A stretch of DNA of 64,000 bases from Orbicella franksi (taxonomy: Eukaryota). Below, piece by piece: positions 15,101 through 27,100 of the stretch (positions within the stretch are counted from its first letter, which is position 1; each line of letters starts with the position of its first letter). Position numbers and translations under genes: made by a program. The stretch covers positions 2,108,001 to 2,172,000 of the forward strand of contig OZ116712.1 of NCBI GenBank assembly GCA_964199315.1. The letters are read 5' to 3'. Below the pieces are notes generated by a model that had not been told where the DNA came from, did no database searches, and saw nothing but the letters and a program-made list of their open reading frames with translations.

Positions 15101-18100
15101 TAAGTAACTGTGAACTCGTCAAACGATTTCAGTTTTTTTACACCTAAAAATGACCAAGCAATTCTTCTTTTCGTTTCCGCGAAAGCACGAAGCAAAGCTG
15201 AAGATTAGTGGAGAATCCCTGCGCCGTGAAAGCAACACAGTTTAGAACATTATCTAAAACATCGGTGATTCTTAATTATCTTCTCTTTTAGCTAAACGTT
15301 TTTCCGAAAGTGTGCATCAACCATTCATTCTTCTGATAAAAGCGACACCTGTTTATGGCGGCGGACATGGGCTTATAATGAGAATGTGATCCCAAATCTA
15401 ACTTGACGAGGGTTTGGTGAAAACGTCTGGTAATTTACTAAGTCGTTTTAGATAGAGGTTACTAAACATTTTTCATTGCTTTCCTTAATCATTAAGGGCG
15501 CTTAAAAACTATACGAATTGGAAAAACAGCTGAGTCGCAATTGGCGCGGGCAAGATTAAAACACAGTTATAAAAGCGACACCTGCTTATGACGACATGGA
15601 CTTGTAATGAGAATTTGATCCCAAATCTAACTTGACGAGGGTTTGGTGAAAACGTCTGGTAATTTACTAAGTCGTTTTAGATAGAGGTTATTAAACATTT
15701 TTCATTGCTTTCCTTAATCATTAAGGGCTCTTAAAAACTATACGAATTGGAAAAACAGCTGAGTCGCAATTAGCGCGGGCAAGATTAAAACACAGTTGTA
15801 AAGAAAATGAAATTGAAGTTTGTATTTATTGTTAGGACAAGCCTACGCGAGATCAAACTTCAACAGATCTTATTTAGATTTTTTTCTCTCTTATTCGCGT
15901 TTCTAGGTAATATTCAAACAGATGTTTTTCTTTTCCAATCCATCATTTACTGCACGGTGAATTATGGATGTTCAAAAGGAAAGAAATTTATTGGAAAGGT
16001 AACGTTAGTCGGTCGAATTTGATCAAATTAAAACTTTAAAAATTGTATGCGCACAAGTTAAGCGAATTTGTTATTATATATTAAGTCAAATTATTGTCGC
16101 ATTTTGATTGGTTGTCTCGTACGATCTATCGGAGGACGAAAGATAGGCACATAGATGACGTCATTAACATATTGTTTTAGCTCTTACCACATTTTGACGT
16201 TATCTGTGATCTTTTACTGAACAGACGCAGGGCAACATGGAATCTATTTGTTAAGTAGACCTTGGTTTATTCAGTTAAAGAAAGAGTAACTAGTTTTGTA
16301 CGCTCTGTTTACATAACATCTGCCTTACTGTCTTTACAACTGCCGCTCGAAGTTCGCGAAGACGCCAGCAATACAAAACTGGATTAATGGAAGAGTTCAT
16401 AAATACTGCGGTATGAGCAAAGTTCCATTCTGTTTGCCAATCCTTGCCAGAGGTTGCAAAGACAGTTAATATAACATATATAGGACAATAGCACAGGATT
16501 AAAGCGATGTAGAACAAAAAAATGTTAAATGCACTTCTTTTCAATCGCGCGATGTTTAAGTTATTTTCGGCGTTGGAACTTTGTACTGCCAGTTGTTGAG
16601 CGTGGATCTGCGACCGATGTTTACTAACAATTAGATAAACTCTGATGTAAGAAAAAGTGGAAATTAAAAGACAAATTATCGCAGAAATGCCGAAAAGAAA
16701 GCTGTGTAGACGCTTATTCCAAAAGAACAATCCTGATGCAAGGAAACTCAGTAACCATATAATTATTAAAGTATATTTAACACGGGATTCAGTGACTAAG
16801 GTTGCATATCTCATGTGATAGTGAAGAGCCAGAAATCGATCAACACTTAATGTTGTCATTGTTAAGACTGAGACTACACATACAGAAAATGCCACAGTTA
16901 CCACCAGGTTTTTTAGCAATTCCTCTTTGGTGATGACTTCCTTGGTAATATAAAGCGGTTGAGCAATGAGACCAACAAGAAAATCTGAAACAGCGAGACT
17001 GCAGAGCATAATCATGTGCGGCGTTGAACGAATGGAAGGCGTTCTTATTATGGCGGCCAATACCAAAGCGTTGCCCAGAATGGATATGAGCATCAGTGGA
17101 GCGTTAAGAACACAGTTTATGATGATAATAGTTTCAGGAGTAGAGTTGTCTTCATTGTCTGAATGTTGGTCTATCATTCTGAAGCTTAAAAGTAACCAAA
17201 TGATTTTTCCTTTCGTCCTGGCGTTAAGCGAAAGTCTTAATTAAATGTGGAGACGCCAATGTCAAGAGAACAACACAGCTCAATTCATTCACAAAAACGG
17301 GTTTTCATTCTTCCGTTTGTCATTTGCGGTACAGCTCATTATGAAAGTAATTATGGATGCGAGCTTTTACTGATATTATTGAACGTTTTTAGGCTAAAAA
17401 CTCGGCGAACAACTGTCAAAACTTGCCCTTTATCAATAGGGACGCTAAGTGCGTGAAATCAGGACAGTTTTTATTCATTTTCAAAAAAGAACTTCAATTC
17501 CAAATTAGTTCTTCCAGCTGACGTTTTAGAGAACTGTGTTGTCAACTATTCATATTTTCCGAATAAGCGACACTTGTACTTCTTTTTGCGAGATTGGCAC
17601 TTGACTAATTAGAACTGCAGGTTGTAACGTCAATGTAGAGTGGTTTTTCATTTGATTGACGAAAGAAATTTGCGTTTGCCTTGGTTTTACTACGCTACGT
17701 GATTGGCTTAAATAATGCACGCCATTTTTTCGTCCAATCAGAAGTAAAATCAAATCCAGTCGTAACTCGCTCGCACACGTCAGCACACGTCAGCACACGT
17801 CAGCTACATGTAGTTGCTTCAAGTTTTGATTGGTTCAGTCGCTGGGTTGTCTGTGTGATTACTTTGGTTTTGGTTTTACGACACTCATTTCAAACTGTTC
17901 TAACAAGAAAGCGTTTCATTTAATGCCGGTTGGGTCGTTAATTTACGGAAGCCTTTTACGTGAAGATTGCCCGAAATTATTAAATCACATCACAGCCATT
18001 TTTTCCTTTGCTCAAATAATAAAAAAAGCTGCTGCTAGATCGAAGAAGCATATAAAAGTGAACGTTTGTTCAGAGAGGGTAAAAAAGTGGTAAACGCTGT

Positions 18101-21100
18101 AAAACTTCAAGTTTCCGCTGATTTTGGGACTAAGTTTAAATTATTTCAGCTTCAACTTTAGTGTAATAGTTTTTCTGTTTTTTTTTTTTTTTTACATTTC
18201 TTTCTTTCTTATAAAGTGCATAATGTACTATTGTGATGGTTTAGGTCGCAATTTTCCGCCAAACTGTACGTGTACTAATGTACTATTGTGATGGTTTACA
18301 ATTAGGCGGCCATTTTCCACCAAATTGCTAAGGAACTCGAAAGCGTTGCCCAAAATGGATATGAGCATCAGTGGAGCGTTAAGAACACAGTTTATGATGG
18401 CAATAGTTTCAAGAGTAAGGTTTTCTTCATTTTGTGAATGATTGTTTGCCGACCCGTTGTCCTCTTTCTCGCATTTGTTTATCATCATCGGGGTTACACC
18501 GTAAATATAAACCGTTGTCGTTGTCGAATTGCTTCCACACGCAAACGACGACGAAATATTTCTCGTTTTCGTTCCAGGGGAAAGAAAAATCAAGCCTGAT
18601 CTACGAATGTATAAGTAACTCCGTACAACGCCCATTAATTGTATTAAAAAAAAAAAACTGCTGGTGATTCTAACTTAACTTCTTATTAAGACGTTTTATC
18701 ATAAAATGTGTCCCATTATTGATTGTACGGGACAATCGACACTGACAGATTTTTCGAAAGAATGACATTTGATTAAAAAGAAGCGACTTTTTAAAGCAAT
18801 GAGCTATAAAAAATTGCGAAAGAAAACTTTTCTTAAAAACATTAAAGAAATTAAAGAAAAAAAACGGTTAAAAAATACACGACGTTTCGACGTTCTTGGA
18901 CCTCATTATCAAGTAAAAAAACGGTGTGAATATTCCATAAATACAACAAAAACAACAGTTCATTAAAAAGAAAGGTAACGTAAAAATATGCTACAAGTTA
19001 AACAAAGAGTTTAGCACTGAAGGAGTCACTCTGAGTGTTAAGGTTAGACCCCAGTTCTTTGACGTAAACGAGGCAGTTAAATTTCCCGTGGCGCTTCTTG
19101 AAAACACGCCAGCAGTACAAAAGTGGATTGATGGACGAATTCATAAATACTGCGGTATGAGCAAAGTTCCATTCTCATGTGTTTGCCAATCCTTGCCAGA
19201 GGTTGCAAAGACAGTTAATACAACATACACAGGAAAATAGCATATGATTAAAACGATGTAGAACAAGAAAACTTTTAGTGCACTCCTTCTCAATCGTGCA
19301 ATATTCAAGTTATTTTCGGCATTGGAACTTTGCACTGCATGTTGTTGGGGCTGTATCTGTTACTTATGTTTACGAACAATTAGATAAATTTTGATGAAAT
19401 AAAGGGCAGTAAAAGCAGCTAAAAGAAAGCTGTGTAGACGGTCATTCCAAAAGTAGAAACCTGATGCAAGGAAACTCAGTAGCTATATAAATACTACGAA
19501 GCCTTGAACACGGGATTCCGTCAATAAAGTAGCATATCTCATGTGATAGTGAAGAGTCAGAAATCGATCAACGCTTAATGTTGTCATTGTTAAGAGAGAC
19601 ACTCCACAAACGGAAGAAGCTACTGTTACCACGAGGTTGTTTAGCAATGCTTCTTTGGTTAGGTCGTCGGCAATGAAAAGTGGTTGAGCAAAGAGACCAA
19701 CAAGAAAATCTGAGCATAATCATGTGCGGCGTTGAGCGAATGGAAGGCGTTCTTATCATTGCGGCCAATCCCAAAGCGTTGCCCAGAATGGATATGAGCA
19801 TCAGTGGAGCGTTAAGAACACAGTTTATGATGGTAATAGTTTCAGGAGTGCAGTTTTCTTCATGGTCTGAACTTTGGTCTATCATTCTGAAGCTTAAAAG
19901 TGACCAAGTGAGTTTTCCCTTTTGGTCCTGGCAAATGTGGAGACGCCAATATCGTGAGAAAATCACAGCTCCATTCAATCACCAAAACAGCTTTTTATTC
20001 TTCCGTTGATGTCATTTTCGGCAGAGTTCATTGTGAACGTGATTCTGAATTTGAGCTTTTACTGGTATTAATGAATGCTTTATGGCTAAAAAACTCGACG
20101 AACATCCTAAAAAAACTTGTCCTTTATCAATAGGGACGCTAAATGCGTAAAAGCAACACAGTTTTGTACGTTTTCAAAAAGGAACTTCAATTCCAAATTA
20201 ATTGCCCTAGCTGACGCTGCAGAGAACTGTGTTATCAACTATTCATATTTTCCGAAAAAAGCGACACTTAAACTACTTTTTGCGAGATTCGCACCGGTCT
20301 AATTACAATGGCGGGTTGTAATGTCAATACAGACAGGTTTTCACTAGGTAATTTGCACTTGCCTTGGTTTTTTATTACTACGCTACGTGATTGGCTTAAA
20401 AATTCACGCCACTTTTTCATCCAATCAGAAGTAAAATCAAATCCAATTAAGTCTCGCTCGCACATGTCAGCACATGACAGCTGAATGACTTGCTTCAAGT
20501 TTTGATTGGTTCACTTGATTTAGTGTGATTACTTTGGTTTCGGTTTTACGACACTCGTTTGAAAATTGTTCTTACTAGCGTTGATTTAATAATGGGTAAT
20601 TAAGTTACTGAGGCCTTTTAGGTGAAGATTGCCTAAATTTATTCAATTACATTCGAGCCATTCAGTAATTGTTTTGCTCAATTAATAAACAAGCTGCTGT
20701 TAGGTTGAAGAAGCATAAAGGTGACTATTTTTGATTTGTTCAGAGAGGGTAAAAAAAACCCAGCAGTAAACGTGTTAATATGTATTTAAGTTTTTGCTGA
20801 TTTTGGGACTAAATTTAAATTTCAGCTTCAACTTTAGTGTCATGTTTTCTCTTTTTTTTTACTTTCTTTCTTTTTTCTTTTATGAAATGCATAATGTACT
20901 ATTGTGATGGTTTCGGCGGCCATTTTCCCCCAAATTGCTAAGGAGTAAACTTTAATAGTTGATGGATTAGTTTATAAATAACGTCAATTAATTATTCTTG
21001 GCGAGTGTAGCGAGGGTGAGCCGGTTGTACGTTTGTGCATTTTGCAAAACGTGGAATACCTTCTGGCTATCACAGAGATATTTATATCACAGAAGACACC

Positions 21101-24100
21101 GACAATCCACTGAACCAATCAAAACTCGTAGTAAATACATGTTGCTGACGTGTGCGAGCGAGTCAGGATTGGTTTGGTTGTTACCTCTGATTGGTTGAAA
21201 AAGTGGCGCGAGCTTGTTAAGCCAATCAGGTAGCATGGTGATGCAGAACCAAAGCAAATGCGAATTATCTTCGACACTCAAGTGAAGACTGCTGTAACAT
21301 ACAGTGAAACTTGTATTAAGCGGACACCCTTGGGACTCTTACTAGTATCCGGTTAATACAGGGTGTCCGCTCTAAACAGGTTCTAAGAGACCTTTCTGCA
21401 TTCCAACAAACAATAGCGCCATATCGAGGTCAGGGTGAACAAAAATACAACGAATGTATGAAAATGTCCACCCCAACCTCGCTCTGGTACTATTGTTCAT
21501 ACGCACTGAAGTAGAATCCGGGAAAGGTCTATATATTGTGCAATAAAACTTTTGCAGCACAGTGTAAGATCAAAGACTGCTCGTAGCACAATGTCCAGTC
21601 AGTTAATGCATCAATCTGGAATAATCGTCTTAGCTTTAAAACAACATCGCTGAACAATGTTAAAGGAGTCTGAGCTGAGCTTTTAGAAGTAAAAAGCCCT
21701 TGAAGTGTCTACTTATTGCAGGTTTTGTGCAACAAATGGCTTAATATTGTTGTCTGCGTACGCTTAACAGAGGTGTCCGCTTAATCCAGGTTTATTTTAC
21801 AGTATATGTGGGAAGGAAATTTAGGGACTCAAGCTGGTGTCCACTTAACAGAGGTTGTCCGCTTGATATGGAGTCCGCTTAATACAGGTTTCCCTGTACA
21901 TGTATTGGTTAACTGAATGTGGAAAACACTGTAATTAGTATGAATGATCACAGTCTATGGCGACAATAGTTTGGGATAGAGGTTTTTTTTAGTTGGTGAT
22001 TCGTTTGTCATCTTTTTACACCTTCTAACACTTGCGTGTCATCTTACACTCACAAACGCTTACATGGACACTCCTGGCCACCATCTATCATTCATGATTT
22101 TTGAAGTGAGCTATTGAAAATACCATAGGAATAGGTTGCTCTGTTTGGTTTTCATTTAAACTTTATTACCGACGAAATGTTGAAAGTAAAATGAACAAAT
22201 GTTGTCCCTTCTGAACACTGTTGAAGAAGCTACGTCACGGTTTGCGCATCTTAAAACGTTAAGCCCAAAATTTTTTAAGCTCGTCATTTGTAATCCGTGT
22301 TAATCTTCTCTATCCTTACCCATCCTTGTTCCTTTGTGGTTTATTACCCTCTCTTTGGTGTTTCTCTATCTTAATAAACTGTTATTTTGTGGTTTCCTTC
22401 AATTTAAAGGTAATTTTGTAGGTGGCCAAAATAACTCAAAATACCGTGACTGAGCTGCTTTAATCTTGCAACACAATGAGAAACATTTAAGGACATCTCG
22501 GCAATCTAACATCACACGGTGCTATAAATTTCGGCTATGCCTTGGTTATTTTTTATTTCCATGGTTGTTGAACTAAGAACATGCGCCATAACACTAATTA
22601 ATAAACCGAGAAGATGAACTAGTTTTCCTCGGTTTCTTTACATAGCATTTTCCTTGCTGTCTTTACAACTGCCGTTCGAAGCTCGCGAAGACGCCAGCAA
22701 TACAAGAATGGATTAATGCAAGAGTTACTTAACACTAGGGTAGTAGCAAATTCACTCTCTCTTTGCCACAACAAGAATGAGAGTCCATGAAGAGTCAATA
22801 AAACATACATTGGAAAATAACAAATAATCAAAGTTATGTAGAAAACAAAAGTGTTCATTGCACTTCTTTTCAATCGCGCAATGTTTAAGTTATTTCCAGC
22901 ATTGAAACTTTGCACTGCTTGTTGTTGAGCGTCAATGTGCAATTGATGTCGACGAACAATGCGATAAATTCTGATGTAAGAAAATGTGGAAATTAACAGG
23001 GAAATTGCAATGATAGAGCCTACAGTAAATTGATAGATACTTTCATTCCAAACGTCAAACACCGAAACAAGAAAACTAATAAACCATATAACTATTAAAA
23101 CGTATTTAACACGGGACTGAGTCACTAAAGTAGCATATCTCATGTGATAGTGAAGAGCCAAAAATCGATCCACAGTGATGGCTGTTATTGTCAATAATGT
23201 AACCACACATAGAGATGACCCTAGTTGTCTCCAAACATGGTATACTAAACCGCGGTCGTCCGTAAGTTGTTGAGCAATATAAAACGGTTGAGCAATGAGA
23301 CCAACGAGAAAATCTGAAACAGCGAGACTGCAGAGCATAATCATTTGCGGCGTTGAGCGAATGGAAGGCGTTCTTATTATGGCGGCCAATACCAAAGCGT
23401 TGCCCAGAATGGATATGAGCATCAGTGGAGCGTTAAGACCACAGTTTATGATGGTAACAGTTTCGGGAGTGAAGTTGTCTTCATTGTTTGAATGTTGATC
23501 CATCATCCTGAAGCTTAAAAGTGACCAAATGATTTTTCCTTTCGTCCTGGCGTTAAGCGAAAACCTTAAATGTGGAGACGCCAATATCGCGAGAAAAACA
23601 CAGCTCAATTCAATCACCAAAAAAGCTTTTCGTTCGTCTATTGTTGTCATTGTTGGTAGAGTTCATTATGAAGGTAAATCTGAATGTAAGGTTTAACTAG
23701 TATTAAGCAATGCATTGAGGCCAAAATTTTGGAGAGCATCTAACAAGACTTGTAGTTCGACAATAGGGACGCTAAGTGCATGAAAGCAACGTAGTTTTGT
23801 GTAGTTTCAAAAAGGAACTTCAATTCCAAAATAATTATTCCAGCTGACGTTTTAGAGAACCGTGTCATCAACTATTCATATTTTCCTAAAAAGCGACACT
23901 TAAATTACTTTTTGCGAGATTGGCCCTGGTCAAATTAGAATGGCGGGTTGTAAATGCAGACAGGTTTTCACTGAAGTATCGAAAGTAATTTGCATTTACT
24001 TTGGTTTTCCATCTACGCTACACGATTGGCTTAAAAGATTCACGCCACTTTTTTATCCAATCGGAAGTAAAATCAAATCCAATCGTGACTCGCTGGCACA

Positions 24101-27100
24101 CGTCAGCAGACGTCAGCTACATGTAGTTGCTTCATGGTTTGGATGGTTCGCTAGATTTTTTGAGTGATTACTTTGGTTATGTTTTACGACACTCAATTGA
24201 AAACTGTTCTAACTAGGAAGCGCTTCATTTTTTTATTGGGTAATTAATTTAATGAGGCCCTTCAGGTGAAGATTGCCTGAACTTATTCAATTACATTAGA
24301 GCCATTTAGTAATTGCTTTGCTCAATTAAGAAACAAGCTGCTGTTAGACCGAAAAAAGCATATTAAGTGAGCATTTGTAATTTGTTCAGAGAGGGTAAAA
24401 AACAACGGTAAACTTGTTAATACTTTGGTTTGTGCTGATTTGGGGGGTAAATTTAAATTTCAGCTTCAACTTTACTGTGATGTTTTTTCTGTTTTTTACT
24501 TTCTTTCTTTCTCTTTTTATAAAGTGCATAATGTACTATTGTGATGGTTTAGGCGGCAATTTTCCGCCAAACTGTACTAATGTTCTATTTTGATGGTTAA
24601 GGCGGTCATTTTCCGCCAAACTGCTAAGGAGTAAACTTTGATAGTTAATGGATTAGTTTATAAATAACGTCAATTAATCACTCTTGACGAGTGCGGCGAG
24701 GATGAGGCGGTTGTGTACTTTTTAATTTATATCACAAAGGACACCGACAATCTACTGAACCAATCAAAACTCGTAGTAAATACATGTTGCTGACGTGTGC
24801 GAGCGAGTCACGATTGGTTTGGTCTTTACCTCTGATTGGTTGAAAAAGTGGCGCGAGCTTGTTAAGCCAATCGCGTAGCATGGTGATGCAGAACCAAAGC
24901 AAATGCGAAGTAAGCCTCGTCTTCACGAGGAATTTTTATGTGAGAATTCTTACTTGTTCTTGTAGATGAAGAAAATTGTCAATTTTTGTGTGACAAATTT
25001 ATTTGCTGAAAATCTGGGTGTTAGCTTTTATGTGACAAATAAAAGTCGTCACATACGAAAAATTGCTCGTGTAGACGACTCGTCACATAAAATGTGGCAA
25101 ATATCTCGTTAGCGCCATATTTTTCAGAGGCGGCTCAGCAGCTCCGCCTTGTTTCTGCGTATCTCTGCTGTCCGAAGTCATTACTGGCGCACTTAACTTT
25201 GAACTGCTGACAAGTATTTCCTGTGTCATCTAAACAATCAAATAGATTTGTCACATGAAAAACTGTCACATAAAAATTGCTCGTGTAGTCCTGGCTTTAC
25301 TTTTAACACTAAAGTGAAAACCGCTGTAACATACATGCATTGGTTAACAGAATGTTGGAAACACTGGAATTAGTATCAATGGTCACAGTCTATGATGACA
25401 ATAGTTTCGGATAGAGGTTTTTTAGTTTGTGATTCGTTGGCCATCGTTTTACCCCTTTTAAACACATGCGTATCATCTTACACTCACAAATACTTGCACG
25501 GACACTCCTGGTCACCATCTATCATTCTTTTTTAAAGTGAACTATTGAAAATACTATAGGAACAGGTTGTTCTGTTTGTTTTACATTTAAACTTTATTAC
25601 CGACGAAATATTGAAAGTACAATGAACAAATGTTGTCCCTTCTGAACACTGTTAAAGAAGCTACCTCACGGCTTGCGCATCTTAAAAAGTTAAGCCCAAA
25701 TTTTTGAAGCTCTTCGTTTGTAATCCGTGTTAATCTTCTCTATCCTTAACCATCCTTGTTCCTTTGTGGTTTATTATCCTCTCTTTGGTGTTTCTCTATC
25801 TTAGTAAATTGTTATTTTCTGGTTTCCTTCAATTTAAAGGTAATTTTGTAGGTGGCCAAAATAACTCAAAATACCGTGACTGAGCTGCTTTAATCTTGCA
25901 ACACAATGAGAAACATTTCAGGACATCTCGGCGATCTAACAATACACGGTGCTATAAATGTCGGCTATGCCTTGGTTATTTTTTATTTCCATGGTTGTTG
26001 AACTAAGAACATGCGCCATAACACTAATTAATAAACCGAGAAGATGAACTAGTTTTCCTCGGTTTCTTTACATAGCATTTTCCTTGCTGTCTTTACAACT
26101 GCCGTTCGAAGCTCGCGAAGTCGCCAGCAATACAAAAATGGATTAATGCAAGAGTTACTTAACACTAGGGTAGTTGCAAATTCACTTTCTCTTTGCCACA
26201 ATATGAATGAGAGTCCCTGAAGAGTCAATAAAACATACATTGGAAAATAACATATTATCAAAGCTATGTAGAAAACAAAAGTATTAATTGCACTTCTTTT
26301 CAATCGCGCAATATTTAAGTTATTTCCAGCATTGAAACTTTGCACTGCCTGTTGTTGAGCGTCAATGTGCAATTGATGTCGACGAACAATGCGATAAATT
26401 CTGATGTAAGAAAATGTGGAAATTAACAGGGAAATTGCGATGATAGAGCCTACACTAAATTCATAGATACTCTCATTCCAAACGTCAAACACCGAAACCA
26501 GAAAACTAATAAACCATATAACTATTAAAACGTATTTAACACGGGACTGAGTCACTAAAGTAGCATATCTCATGTGATAGTGAAGAGCCAGAAATCGATC
26601 CACAGTGATGGCTGTTATCGTCAATAATGTAACTACACACAGAGATGACCCTAGTTGTCTCCAAACATGGTATACTAAACCGCGGTCGTCCGTAAGTTGT
26701 TGAGCAATATAAAACGGTTGAGCAATGAGACCAACGAGAAAATCTGAAACAGCGAGACTGCAGAGCATAATCATTTGCGGCGTTGAGCGAATGGAAGGCG
26801 TTCTTATTATGGCGGCCAATACCAAAGCGTTGCCCAGAATGGATATGAGCATCAGTGGAGCGTTAAGACCACAGTTTATGATGGTAACAGTTTCGGGAGT
26901 GAAGTTGTCTTCATTGTTTGAATGTTGGTCTATCATCCTGAAACTTCAAAGTGACCAAATGATTTTTCCTTTCGTCCTGGCGTGAAGCGAAAACTTTAAG
27001 GAAATGTGGAGACGCCAATATCGCGAGAAAATCACAGCTCAAATCAATCACCAAAAAAGCTTTTCGTTCCTCTGTTGCTGTCATTGTTGGTAGAGTTCAT

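Noticed and set aside
23507-23650. 48-aa N-terminal extension of GPCR-5 in the ORF track
   Set aside because: The homologous upstream DNA in GPCR-2 and GPCR-6 contains stops, so it is treated as UTR/promoter sequence that is open by chance.
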